64,000 bases of DNA, from the NCBI GenBank assembly GCA_947085655.1, contig CAMTXH010000006.1, positions 6,498 through 70,497 on the forward strand, given 5' to 3'. The notes under the pieces were generated by a model. The model did no database searches. It saw only the letters and a program-made list of their open reading frames with translations, and had not been told where the DNA came from. Shown piece by piece: positions 1-9,429 of the stretch; the first letter of the stretch is position 1, and every line of letters starts with the position of its first letter. The stretch comes from an uncultured Omnitrophica bacterium (GTDB taxonomy: Bacteria; Omnitrophota; Gorgyraeia; JACQQV01). The position numbers were made by a program, and so were the translations under genes.

Positions 1-572
1 GGTTTGGTCTTGAGTTCATCCGCCGCCCGAATATAGGGAACCAGCGTCAGATGGACGCTGATGGCATTTTGCCGTCCGACTTCCTGCTGGAACTGTCGGA
101 TCGCCTCCAGATACGGAAGTCCCTCGATATCGCCCACCGTCCCCCCGACTTCGCAGATGACGACGTCATACCGGCCCCGGCGGGCGAGCCGACGGATCGA
201 TTCCTTGATTTCATCCGTCACATGCGGCACCACCTGAACCGTCCCTCCCAAATAATCCCCCCGCCGCTCCTTGGTGATGACCGAAAAATAGATCTGGCCC
301 GTGGTGACGTTATTTTCCTTGCCGGTCGTAATACCGGTAAACCGTTCGTAATGGCCCAGATCCAGATCGGTCTCGGCCCCGTCATCAGTGACATAGACTT
401 CCCCGTGCTGATACGGATTCATGGTTCCCGGATCCACATTGAGATAAGGGTCCAGTTTCTGAAGGGTAACGCGAAGTCCCCGCGACTGAAGGAGTCGGCC
501 GATGGAGGCGGCAGCGATCCCCTTTCCGAGACTCGAAACCACTCCGCCGGTTATGAAGATATATTTAGGCAT
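1..572 (-). CDS. pyrG: CTP synthase, N-terminal part (runs off the window)
   Basis: Not in the ORF track. Manual minus-strand translation from ATG 572 gives [23 protein letters not shown]...[40 protein letters not shown], the canonical PyrG N-terminus. Confidence 0.97.
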   Translation of the reverse strand, partial: MPKYIFITGGVVSSLGKGIAAASIGRLLQSRGLRVTLQKLDPYLNVDPGTMNPYQHGEVYVTDDGAETDLDLGHYERFTGITTGKENNVTTGQIYFSVITKERRGDYLGGTVQVVPHVTDEIKESIRRLARRGRYDVVICEVGGTVGDIEGLPYLEAIRQFQQEVGRQNAISVHLTLVPYIRAADELKTK

Positions 573-1311
573 CTTTCTCTAGCAACTTCCTTACCTTTTC
601 CAAATCCTCGTGCGTATCAACCCCTACGGTGTTATAGGGGCTTTCCACCAGCCGGATCTTCTCCCCGTTTTCCAGGAGCCGGAGCTGTTCCAGCCCCTCC
701 GCTTCCTCCAAGGGAGACCTTTTCCAGCCGGACCACCGGAGAAGGAGTTCCTTCCGGTAAGCGTAGAGCCCAAGGTGCTTCAGATACGAGGGGGGGTTGC
801 TTCCTCCCGGCCGCGGGTGAGGGATCGCCGTTCTTGAAAAATAGAGGGCGTAACCCCTCAGGTCCATCACAACCTTCACCACATTCGGATTCGAAATATC
901 CTCTTCATCGGCCAATCGTCTCAGCGGCCGGAAGAGGGTCGCCACCCCCACTTCTTTTTTTTCCTTCCTCAGCGTCTCCACCAGCAAATCAATCATCTGG
1001 GGAGCCACAAGCGGTTCATCCGCCTGAATGTTGACAACGATGTCGACCTCACAGTCCTGAACCGCTTCCGCAATCCGTTCGGTCCCGGAGGTATGGGCGG
1101 AGGAGGTCATCACCACTTCCGCCCCGAACGATTCCGCCGCTTCCCTGATCCGCGTGTCGTCCGTGGCAATCCAAAGCGCATTCAGTCGTTTGGCATTGCG
1201 GGCACGCTCATATACATGCTGGATGAGCGGTTTCCCCGCCACCTCCATTAAGACCTTCCCGCTCAGCCGGGTAGAATGATACCGGGCCGGGATAACCCCT
1301 AACGCTTCCAC
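565..1311 (-). CDS. kdsB: CMP-Kdo synthetase (3-deoxy-manno-octulosonate cytidylyltransferase)
   Basis: [40 protein letters not shown] motifs; kdsB-pyrG adjacency. Confidence 0.95.
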   Translation of the reverse strand: MEALGVIPARYHSTRLSGKVLMEVAGKPLIQHVYERARNAKRLNALWIATDDTRIREAAESFGAEVVMTSSAHTSGTERIAEAVQDCEVDIVVNIQADEPLVAPQMIDLLVETLRKEKKEVGVATLFRPLRRLADEEDISNPNVVKVVMDLRGYALYFSRTAIPHPRPGGSNPPSYLKHLGLYAYRKELLLRWSGWKRSPLEEAEGLEQLRLLENGEKIRLVESPYNTVGVDTHEDLEKVRKLLEKDA

Positions 1312-2300
1312 AAAAGTTCCCGGACCCGCTGGGTCAGTTCCGGAACAGTCACCGGAGCAATGCCGATCTTTCCCACCACGATGCCGGCCGCCACGTTGGA
1401 AAGAAAGGCGGCATCTGTCATCGAACTTCCCGCCGCAAGCGCGGTCGTGAAGGTGGCAATGACCGCATCTCCCGCTCCCGAGACATCAAAGACCTCCTGG
1501 GCCACCGTCGGGATATGGGTAACCTTCCTCCCCTTTTCAAAGAGGGCCATCCCGTCCTCTCCAAGGGTAATCAAAACCGCCTTGCACCGGAGCCGCTTCA
1601 GGATTTCCCCTCCTACTTTTGCCAGAGGGACCCGGTCGGTCCGGTGTTCCCCGATCGCTCCGTAGGCCTCCTTCCGGTTCGGGGTCAGAACCGTCACTCC
1701 CTTGTAATATTCGAAATGCTCTTCCTTGGGATCTACGGTGAGGATTCGGGAATGTCTTTTGGATGAACGGACCGCCTCCTGAATGAGCCTGGGGGTGATC
1801 ACTCCCTTCCCATAATCCTCCAGAATCACGGCATCGACTTTTGGAATTTCCTTCCGGATCTGGGAAATAAGCCGCGAGATCACGGAAGCGGGTAGCGGAT
1901 CTTGATCTTCCCGGTCGATCCGGACCACCTGTTGGGTCTGGGCCACGATCCGGGTTTTGAGAGTGGTGGGGCGGCGACGCACGGTCAGAAGATGCCGGAT
2001 ATCGACCTTGCTTCTGTTAAGGAGGGTTTTCAACCTCCGTTCCGCTTCATCCCCGCCCACGATGCCGCAGAGCGTCGCCTCCGCGCCGAGGCCGGCAACA
2101 TTATTCGAGACATTGGCCGCACCCCCCGGCATGGCGGAGCGGCGCTTTTCCCAAACGACCGGCACCGGTGCCTCCGGGGAGATCCGGCTGACATCCCCCC
2201 AAATGAATTCATCCAACATGCAATCGCCCACCACAAGGATGCGGCATTTGCGAAAGCGCTGGATGAGGTTCTGATAGAAGGCAAAACTTTGAGAGCTCAA
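1299..2300 (-). CDS. hldA: D-glycero-D-manno-heptose-7-phosphate kinase (stand-alone RfaE1/HldA, PfkB family)
   Basis: VGDCMLDEFIWGDVSRISPEAPVPV, PGGAANV, DYGKG, DVSGAGD; no adenylyltransferase domain. Confidence 0.93.
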   Translation of the reverse strand: MSSQSFAFYQNLIQRFRKCRILVVGDCMLDEFIWGDVSRISPEAPVPVVWEKRRSAMPGGAANVSNNVAGLGAEATLCGIVGGDEAERRLKTLLNRSKVDIRHLLTVRRRPTTLKTRIVAQTQQVVRIDREDQDPLPASVISRLISQIRKEIPKVDAVILEDYGKGVITPRLIQEAVRSSKRHSRILTVDPKEEHFEYYKGVTVLTPNRKEAYGAIGEHRTDRVPLAKVGGEILKRLRCKAVLITLGEDGMALFEKGRKVTHIPTVAQEVFDVSGAGDAVIATFTTALAAGSSMTDAAFLSNVAAGIVVGKIGIAPVTVPELTQRVRELLWKR

Positions 2301-2356
2301 ACGGTCGTAATTCCTTTTGTGTTATGACCTTATTTTAATCGGGAACCCGGTCCAAT

Positions 2357-3169
2357 TCAAGGTTCTTTTTTCAGCACCACCTCGACGATTCCAAAGGGGA
2401 TTCGGGCTTTCATGTAAAGAGGGATTCGCCTTTCGTCCAGGGTGAACCAGATCTGCATCCGGCCCTTGCGGATAAAGACGCCGTGGAATTTGGCCAACGG
2501 CTCGATTAAAACAGCGGGGAGCTCCTCCTTCCCCATCAATTTCAGGAAGCCGGACTTGAGCACTTTGATTTCCAGGCGCCAGTTCTTTTCATCCGCGTTG
2601 ACATCCACGAAAAGAGACTCCCCCATATTCAGGGGGAGGGTCCGGAAATAATAAAGGATGCTTAACGCATCCTGAACGTTCGGCGGGACCGCCATCTCCT
2701 TGGTGCTCTGGTTAAGGAAAGAGTGGTACGTCGCGCGCTGGTTTTTTTGATCGTACACCATCTCTTCATCCGCCCGATAACCCCCTTCCCGCTGGATTTT
2801 CCGGAATTTGTACGGGATCAACTCTTTGGTGTCGATAAAGCTCTGAATCTCGTCTTTAACCGGATAAAACGCGGACAAAAAGGAGTTGGAACGGGCTTCC
2901 ATCACGACGTGATACACCTCCCGTCCCTCATAGGTCTCGATTCCCCGCACCTCCAGTTTGCCGCTTCCGACGCCGATTCCCATCCACCGGATGTCGTAAT
3001 CCAACACCTCCCCCACCGGCAGTTGCTTAAGCGGCTCGTGGATCGCCTGGGCGGTAAAGGCCTCTCGTCTTTCGGCGGGCAATTCGCTTTTATGGACAAA
3101 ATAGGAAACGCTGGAACAGCCGGCAAGAAAGAAAACAAACGGAACAATAAAAAAAGAGGGGCGTGTCAC
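2357..3169 (-). CDS. DUF3108-like exported lipoprotein
   Basis: Likely GTG start at 3169 overlapping the upstream stop (GTGA); hydrophobic signal with LAGC lipobox; GEVLDYDIRWMGI and WFTLDERRIP patterns resemble DUF3108. Confidence 0.7.
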   Translation of the reverse strand: MTRPSFFIVPFVFFLAGCSSVSYFVHKSELPAERREAFTAQAIHEPLKQLPVGEVLDYDIRWMGIGVGSGKLEVRGIETYEGREVYHVVMEARSNSFLSAFYPVKDEIQSFIDTKELIPYKFRKIQREGGYRADEEMVYDQKNQRATYHSFLNQSTKEMAVPPNVQDALSILYYFRTLPLNMGESLFVDVNADEKNWRLEIKVLKSGFLKLMGKEELPAVLIEPLAKFHGVFIRKGRMQIWFTLDERRIPLYMKARIPFGIVEVVLKKEP

Positions 3170-4230
3170 TTTTTTTCCAATATCCGTCGGGCTGCCTCCA
3201 GCACCTCTTCCACCGTGAGGGCCCTGAGGCATTCAAATTGAATCGGGCAGTCATCTGCAAGACAGACGGGACATCCCACATCCTTTTGAAGGGCAATATC
3301 CCGCTCTCCCAACGGTCGCCATCTGCCGCGGGAGAGTCCCGGTTGGCTCCGTCCGAAAATGGAAATGACCGGAATCCCCACGCCGACCGCCACGTGGACC
3401 GGTCCCGAATCGTTTGAAATCAGGAGGGAACTTTTTTTAAAGAAAGAGGCGAGCTCCCGTATCGACATTTTACCACAAAGATCGACCGGGGAATGCGTCA
3501 TCCCCCGAATCACTTCTTGGCCTGTTTGGATGTCCTCCGGCCCGGTGACGATGGCCACTTTATAGTGCGCTCCCTGAAGCCGGTCGGCGAGCGCGGCGAA
3601 TCGTTCGCTCATCCACCGCTTGGAAAGACTGCTCGCACCCGGATGAATGGCAACCAAACGGTCCTTCTCCGAAATGCCCTTCTCCTTGAGGAGTCGCTCG
3701 ATCCGGCGGTCCGACTCTTCGGTGGTCGGCATCGTGACCCGTCCCGCTTCGACCAGAAGCCCCAATTCCCGAACCAAATCCAGGGAATACTCTGTTTCAT
3801 GACGCTCTCCGAAGACTTTGATATCCTTTAGCCGCCGGGTCAGGAAAAATCCCCATTTCCGGTCGTAACCGACGCGGTCCGGAATCCGGGCAAGCGCCAA
3901 CGCCAGATGAACTCGCCGGGTCCCGTGAAGGACCAGGGCGGTATCAAACCGATGGCGCCGGAGTTCCCCAATCAACCGGAATGTCCCGAAAAGTCCCCGG
4001 TGTCTTCCTTTTTTATCCAGCACCAGGATCCCGTTCAAATAAGGGTTTAATTCCACAATCTCACGGGCGTGCGGCGCAACCAGCACGACGAGATACGCCT
4101 CCGGAAGCGCTTTCCGGAGCGCTTCCACCGCCGGCGTCGAAAGGAGAACATCCCCGATCCGGTCCGGGCGGACGATAAGAATCCTTCTTTTTGGGACGTT
4201 TTCGAAAGTGTCCCTTGAATCAATCGACAC
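3166..4230 (-). CDS. GT9 LPS heptosyltransferase (WaaF-like)
   Basis: ILIVRPDRIGDVLL, HPGAS..KRW, NDSGPVH, IFG, C-terminal Cys cluster. Start uncertain (GTG 4230 chosen; the ORF-track start overlaps the upstream gene). Confidence 0.88.
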   Translation of the reverse strand: MSIDSRDTFENVPKRRILIVRPDRIGDVLLSTPAVEALRKALPEAYLVVLVAPHAREIVELNPYLNGILVLDKKGRHRGLFGTFRLIGELRRHRFDTALVLHGTRRVHLALALARIPDRVGYDRKWGFFLTRRLKDIKVFGERHETEYSLDLVRELGLLVEAGRVTMPTTEESDRRIERLLKEKGISEKDRLVAIHPGASSLSKRWMSERFAALADRLQGAHYKVAIVTGPEDIQTGQEVIRGMTHSPVDLCGKMSIRELASFFKKSSLLISNDSGPVHVAVGVGIPVISIFGRSQPGLSRGRWRPLGERDIALQKDVGCPVCLADDCPIQFECLRALTVEEVLEAARRILEKK

Positions 4231-4283
4231 GCTGGCCTGCCCTGGCCGGCAGGCCAGGGGGACACTTTCTGAAAACGTCCCTA
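4193..4283. repeat. REP-like inverted-repeat element (GGGAC...GTCCC arms) with inner palindrome
   Basis: Arms gggacgttttcgaaagtgtccc (4193-4214) and gggacactttctgaaaacgtccc (4259-4281) are reverse complements with a 1-nt indel; inner ctggcctgcc/ggcaggccag hairpin at 4232-4257. Confidence 0.8.
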
Positions 4284-5252
4284 TAGAAGTTCGCTGCATG
4301 CCTGATAAACCTCTTCGACCGGAAGTTCTTCCATACATTCGTGATGATACGGGCATTCCGCTTTTTCGCAAGGCGAACAAAAAAGGTCCTTCCGAACCAC
4401 ACGGCTCCTAGCGCTCCGCGGACCATATTTCTTCGGATCCGTTGGACCGAAAATCGCCACGGTCGGCGTGTCAAGGAGACTGGCCATATGAAGCGCGGCA
4501 TTGTCATTGGTCACCAAAAGCCGGGCCTTTTGAACAAGCACCACCGCTTCCGGAACCGATGTCCTGCCGGCCAGGGAGAAGGAGGGGCTTTTCATCTTTT
4601 GGATGATTGACTCCACAAAAGGTGCATCAAACGCCTCCCCCACAAAAAGGGGGGGTAACCTTTTTGTCTCGTATAGCCGGTCTGCGAGTCGGGCAAACCC
4701 GGAGGAGTTCCATCGCTTGAGTGTGCTTTTGGAGCCGGGACTGAACAGAATAAACGGATCGGTCAGGCGAAGTCCCTGACTTTGAAGTTCCTTTTTCATC
4801 GCCGACTCGGCCTCCGGCTGAATCCAGAGAATTTCCTTCTTGGGATGGTTAACGGCAAGACCAAGCCGTTCCGCCTGCCAGAGATGCCGGTCCATCCGGT
4901 GAAGAAGGTCCCGGGGCGGTTTTGAAAGTAGTGGGGTCCGCCAGGAGGCCCCGACGAGAATCGGAAAAAGAGAATGTCTTAAGTCAATGACCCCGTCAAA
5001 TCTTTTCTTCCGGAGTTCGCGGATGAATCCCCACTTCTCCCGGAGGGAGGCGCGCTTATCATAGACAATCACCTCTTCGAGACGGGGGTCTCCCCTGAAA
5101 ACCGCCTCCGCCTGGGCGCCGACCAAAACACTCAAGGCGGCCTTCGGAAACGCGTTTCGAACCGCATGCACCACCGGCGCCGTCAAAAAGGCATCGCCCA
5201 CGTTGGAAAGGGAGACAATTAGAACCCGCTCAGGTGTTCTTTTCAACGGCAT
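4281..5252 (-). CDS. GT9 LPS heptosyltransferase-family protein
   Basis: VLIVSLSNVGDAFL, PGSKSTLKRW, NDNAALHMA, IFGPT, CSPC...CPYHHEC. Confidence 0.9.
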   Translation of the reverse strand: MPLKRTPERVLIVSLSNVGDAFLTAPVVHAVRNAFPKAALSVLVGAQAEAVFRGDPRLEEVIVYDKRASLREKWGFIRELRKKRFDGVIDLRHSLFPILVGASWRTPLLSKPPRDLLHRMDRHLWQAERLGLAVNHPKKEILWIQPEAESAMKKELQSQGLRLTDPFILFSPGSKSTLKRWNSSGFARLADRLYETKRLPPLFVGEAFDAPFVESIIQKMKSPSFSLAGRTSVPEAVVLVQKARLLVTNDNAALHMASLLDTPTVAIFGPTDPKKYGPRSARSRVVRKDLFCSPCEKAECPYHHECMEELPVEEVYQACSELL

Positions 5253-6240
5253 CCAAAACCTCTTCGACCTGAATCGCCTTCATGCAGATGTTATCCGGGC
5301 AATCCACATAATAACAGGGAGGATCATCGTTGCAGCCGACATCTTTGCGGAGGATGATCTTCGGGGAATCACCCGAAGGACCGGTGAGAGATGGATGGGT
5401 CGGTCCGAAAAGGGCGACCACTTTTGTCCCCTGGCTCTGCGCCACATGCATCGGACCGGTATCGTTCGAGACAACGAGCGTTGCTCGTTTGAGAAGGGCC
5501 GCCAACTGACGGAGCGACATCTCTCCGCAAAGGAGAACCGGCTTTATCTTCATGACCGCTGCAATCCTCTCTCCGAGAAAACGGTCTTTCGCCGCCCCTG
5601 CAATGACAATCCGTTTTTGCTTGCGGTCGGCTAAGGCATCCCCCAACGCCGCGAACCGCTCCGGCGGCCACCGTTTCTGATTCCAGTTGCCGAAGGGACA
5701 GAGAACCACGTAGGGATCGTTGCGGTTCACTCCTTTGGATTCCAGAAGCCGATCGACTGTTTGCTCTTCTTCCCTGCTCACCTTCAACGTGTAATTCCGG
5801 TTTCCATACCGCATCGCCTCAGGCAGAAGGCCGAGAAAAAACTCCACCTTGTGCAGATCCGAAGGGGGAGGAGGGATCTTTTGGGTCAAAAGAAACCCTT
5901 TCCATTTGATGGCATACCCGATCCGCTCCGGAATGCCGGCCAGCACCGCAAGAAGCCGTCTCGTAAAGGAACGGTGCAAAAGATAGACGCTGTCAAACCG
6001 CTTTGACTTAAGCATCCGGACCAGTTCGAGTTTTCCCCAGGGAGAACGGTGACATCCTTTTTCATCATAGACAAGGATCTCGTTCAAATGGGGGTTTCCC
6101 TCCAGGACCTCCCGGCAGCTCGGCACCACAAGAGAAGCGATGGTGCTTTCGGGAAAGGCGTTCCGGAGCGCCTCCAGAAAAGGGGTGGAAAAAAGGACAT
6201 CCCCCACCCAATTGACATTCACCACGAGGATTCGTTTCAT
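5230..6240 (-). CDS. waaF: LPS heptosyltransferase II (GT9)
   Basis: ILVVNVNWVGDVL, KRWP, NDTGPMHVA, LFGPT. Which GT9 paralogue is the true WaaF is uncertain. Confidence 0.8.
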   Translation of the reverse strand: MKRILVVNVNWVGDVLFSTPFLEALRNAFPESTIASLVVPSCREVLEGNPHLNEILVYDEKGCHRSPWGKLELVRMLKSKRFDSVYLLHRSFTRRLLAVLAGIPERIGYAIKWKGFLLTQKIPPPPSDLHKVEFFLGLLPEAMRYGNRNYTLKVSREEEQTVDRLLESKGVNRNDPYVVLCPFGNWNQKRWPPERFAALGDALADRKQKRIVIAGAAKDRFLGERIAAVMKIKPVLLCGEMSLRQLAALLKRATLVVSNDTGPMHVAQSQGTKVVALFGPTHPSLTGPSGDSPKIILRKDVGCNDDPPCYYVDCPDNICMKAIQVEEVLDAVEKNT

Positions 6241-7346
6241 CCGATAATCTCTTGGTACAGTTGGGAAGTTTCTTTTGCCATCCGCTCCGATGAGAATTTT
6301 TCCTCGATCACCCGCCGTCCGTTCCGTCCGACCTGCTCTGCAAGGTTCGGATCCTTCAACAGTTCGTCAATCGCTTCCCGAAGGGTATAAGGATCATTAT
6401 TCTCCAAAAGATAGCCGCTGACCTTATGCGTGATAAACATCCTAAGCCCCCCCCTTCTGCTCTTGGAAGCAACGACCGGAACGCCGCAGGCCATCGCCTC
6501 TGCGGGTGCCAGACCGAATCCCTCATTCCATTCTGCCGGATGCACAAAAAGGTCGAAGCTCAACAGGTACGGCGTCGGGTCCGAGACTTCACCCCGGAAG
6601 TAGACTTTCTCGGAGATGCCCAATTTTCTGGAAAGTTTCTCCAAATGATTCCGGAAATTCCCCTCTCCAATCAAGACGAGACTCGCCGTCGGATAATGGC
6701 TTTGCAAAAGAGCGATGGATTCCAGGAGGTTATCATGACCCTTATCCGCAATCAACCGGGAAACCGAACCGATGATTTTCCCCTCCGTTGGAAGGTTCAG
6801 TTTTTTCCGGAGGTTTTGTCTTTCCTCGTCGTCAATCGGCCGGAACTGACGGAGGTCCACACCGTTTGGGATCAGACGGACCCGCCCTTCCGGAAGTTTG
6901 AAGTCCTGAATCAGATGATCACGGACCGCGCCGCTGATGGCAATCACCTTTTCTCCCCAGCAGGGAAAAAGCCGTCTCCCGAGCCGCGGCCTGTAAAACC
7001 CGTGACAGGTGGTCAAAGCGGGGATTCCCCGGAGCCGCGAAAGGACCGCTGCGGCGACTTGGGTCACACGGGTGTGGGCATGAATCACATCAACCGGATT
7101 TTCCCGAAGAAAGCGATTCAGTCTCCCGACCGTTTTCCAAACCTTCGGACTCAATTCGCTTTTGGTCCGGAGATCGACCGATATCAAGCGGGCTCCCTTC
7201 TCCTGAAACAGGCCCTCCCATTTCCCTCCGCTGCTTGCGACAAACACCTCGTGTCCCTTCGCTACCAGTTCCCCGGAAAGACTCAACAGGTGCCGCGGGA
7301 TTCCGCCGATGTCAAGATGAGTGCTGAAAAGGAGAATTCGCATCAT
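6237..7346 (-). CDS. GT4 family glycosyltransferase
   Basis: IGG, IHAH, IPNGVD, EGFGLAPAEAMACGVPVV. Confidence 0.92.
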   Translation of the reverse strand: MMRILLFSTHLDIGGIPRHLLSLSGELVAKGHEVFVASSGGKWEGLFQEKGARLISVDLRTKSELSPKVWKTVGRLNRFLRENPVDVIHAHTRVTQVAAAVLSRLRGIPALTTCHGFYRPRLGRRLFPCWGEKVIAISGAVRDHLIQDFKLPEGRVRLIPNGVDLRQFRPIDDEERQNLRKKLNLPTEGKIIGSVSRLIADKGHDNLLESIALLQSHYPTASLVLIGEGNFRNHLEKLSRKLGISEKVYFRGEVSDPTPYLLSFDLFVHPAEWNEGFGLAPAEAMACGVPVVASKSRRGGLRMFITHKVSGYLLENNDPYTLREAIDELLKDPNLAEQVGRNGRRVIEEKFSSERMAKETSQLYQEIIG

Positions 7347-9429
7347 GCTCGATCCATTGTTTCACTTCCCGATAAACCTCATCCGGTGTAATCCCGGTCA
7401 TACAAATGAGCCCAATCGGGCAACGGCGCCGGTAACACGGGTGGCATTTGACCTGCTTATTCAGCACCACCCCCCTTTCCGTCGGGGGAAAATGCCGTTT
7501 CGGATCTGTCGGCCCGAAAAGGGCGATGACCGGAACTTTGAGACTCGCGGCGATATGCATGGGGGCGCTATCCACCGTCACAAAGGCGGAGAACCGCCGC
7601 ATCAGAGAAACCATCTGCGGGAGCGTCGTCTTGCCGACGGCAACAATCGGTTTGGTCCGAACCCGGGCAAGCACTTCGTGAACCAGGGATCTTTCCCGTT
7701 CGCTTCCGGTCAAGACCACGCGGATTCTATCCTGGGCGAGCCGGTCGCACAGGGACGCGATGGAGGCGACCGGCCACCTTTTGGTCTCCCAACGGGGGCT
7801 CCCTCCGAGATTCACGCCGACGAGCGGCTCTGTTCCTGCAATCCATTCCTGGCGGAGGAACCGGTCCACAGTGGCCTCATCCTTCGGCTGGGACCAGAGT
7901 TCAAGAGCCGGCTCCACCTCCTCGATCTCCAGAAGCCGCAGCAAATGACCCTGGTGCGCCACCGGACCCATCGGTCCCGGGTCCCGGACTTTGAAATTCA
8001 CCAGAAACCGGAATACCCCCCGGTCCCATCCGTAACGCTTCGGGGCACAGGATAAATAGGAAAGGAGCTGGCTCGTCTTGTTGTTCTGAAGGTCGATCAC
8101 CCGGTCGAAACCGCGCCGGCGCAGTTCCGACGCAAGCCGGAAGCGGCTTTTCCAGGTTCTTTCCTTCCGTGCCGGATCATACACCATTAAATCGTCCACA
8201 TAGGGGGTATGCTGCACCAGCTCAAAGGCATCCCGTCCGACCAAAAGGGTGATGGAAGATTTGGGGAACCGTTTTCGAATGGCCCGGAGACTCGGCACGA
8301 TCAGAACCACATCCCCGATCGCCCCCAATTTGATGACTAAAATCCTTTCCGCCTTAAGTGCCTTTTCGTATTCGTGAATCGTTTTATCAACCATCTGCTT
8401 GAGGGAATATTTCTTTTCGACCTTTTCCCGGAGCCGCTTCGCAAAACTCTCCGCCAAAGCCGGATCCTTCAATACCCGGACGATCGCTTCCGACAGTGCC
8501 AGCGGATCCCGCGGCGGAACCAGAAGGCCGTCCTTCCCCTCATCCAGAATCTCCACGATCCCTCCGACCCGAGTTGCCACAACCGGCACCCCGCAGGCCC
8601 CTGCCTCGATAATGACCCGTCCGAACGCCTCCGGTGTTTTGGTAGCAACGACTAAAAGGTCCATTTCAAAGAGGACGTCCGGGATGTTCTGGGATCTTCC
8701 CCAAAATTCCACCGTCTGATGAAGTCCAAGCCGTTTCACAAGGAGCTCCAATTCCTCCCGGTATTTTGCCCTTTCGGGAGGGGCCTCCCCCACAATCAGA
8801 ACCCGGATTTTCGGAAAGACCCGGACCACGCGCGAGACGGCGCGAATGAAATCGAGATGTCCCTTAAGGGGTGTAATCCGGCCGATCATGCCGACGGTAA
8901 AATCCCCCTCCAGTCTCTTCCGGGAGGAGCGGTAGGTGAACTCATCAAGGTCCACCCCCCGCGGAATGAGTGCCAGCCGTTCGGGGACAACCTCGAAATC
9001 CTCCAGCATATGCTTCCCGATCGCCTGACTTGAAACAATCACCCGCTTGGCCCATCCCATGCAGTAACCGAAAAAGTTCTTCCGGTAATATCCGTGGCAG
9101 GTGGTCACAAACGGACGAAAGGTCTTCCGGCAGGCAAGAAATGCAATGAATCCCGGCACGCGGCTTCTGGCATGGACAAGATCGATTTTTTCCTTTTCGA
9201 TGATCCGGGAAACCTCTCTGACCATCCGGAAGACGGTCCAGGGGTTTTTATCCCCGACCGGAAGCCGGACATGTTTGGAACCGGATGCTTCCAGACGGGA
9301 AACCAGTTCCCCGCCGCCGGAAATGACGACGGATCGGTGCCCTCTCGCCACAAGATGCTGCGCCAGTTCCACGGTCCCCCGTTCCGCGCCGCCCACCTCT
9401 AATGCTGGGATGATTTGGAGGATATTCAT
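7312..9429 (-). CDS. GT4-GT9 glycosyltransferase fusion
   Basis: N-half GT4 (GGAERG, HARSR, EAFGRVIIEAGACG); C-half GT9 (ILVIKLGAIGDVV, KRWP, DSAPMHIA, LFGPT); no internal stop. Confidence 0.9.
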   Translation of the reverse strand: MNILQIIPALEVGGAERGTVELAQHLVARGHRSVVISGGGELVSRLEASGSKHVRLPVGDKNPWTVFRMVREVSRIIEKEKIDLVHARSRVPGFIAFLACRKTFRPFVTTCHGYYRKNFFGYCMGWAKRVIVSSQAIGKHMLEDFEVVPERLALIPRGVDLDEFTYRSSRKRLEGDFTVGMIGRITPLKGHLDFIRAVSRVVRVFPKIRVLIVGEAPPERAKYREELELLVKRLGLHQTVEFWGRSQNIPDVLFEMDLLVVATKTPEAFGRVIIEAGACGVPVVATRVGGIVEILDEGKDGLLVPPRDPLALSEAIVRVLKDPALAESFAKRLREKVEKKYSLKQMVDKTIHEYEKALKAERILVIKLGAIGDVVLIVPSLRAIRKRFPKSSITLLVGRDAFELVQHTPYVDDLMVYDPARKERTWKSRFRLASELRRRGFDRVIDLQNNKTSQLLSYLSCAPKRYGWDRGVFRFLVNFKVRDPGPMGPVAHQGHLLRLLEIEEVEPALELWSQPKDEATVDRFLRQEWIAGTEPLVGVNLGGSPRWETKRWPVASIASLCDRLAQDRIRVVLTGSERERSLVHEVLARVRTKPIVAVGKTTLPQMVSLMRRFSAFVTVDSAPMHIAASLKVPVIALFGPTDPKRHFPPTERGVVLNKQVKCHPCYRRRCPIGLICMTGITPDEVYREVKQWIEHDANSPFQHSS

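Noticed and set aside
51-1034. 327-aa plus-strand ORF
   Set aside because: Antisense to pyrG and kdsB, which explain the region.
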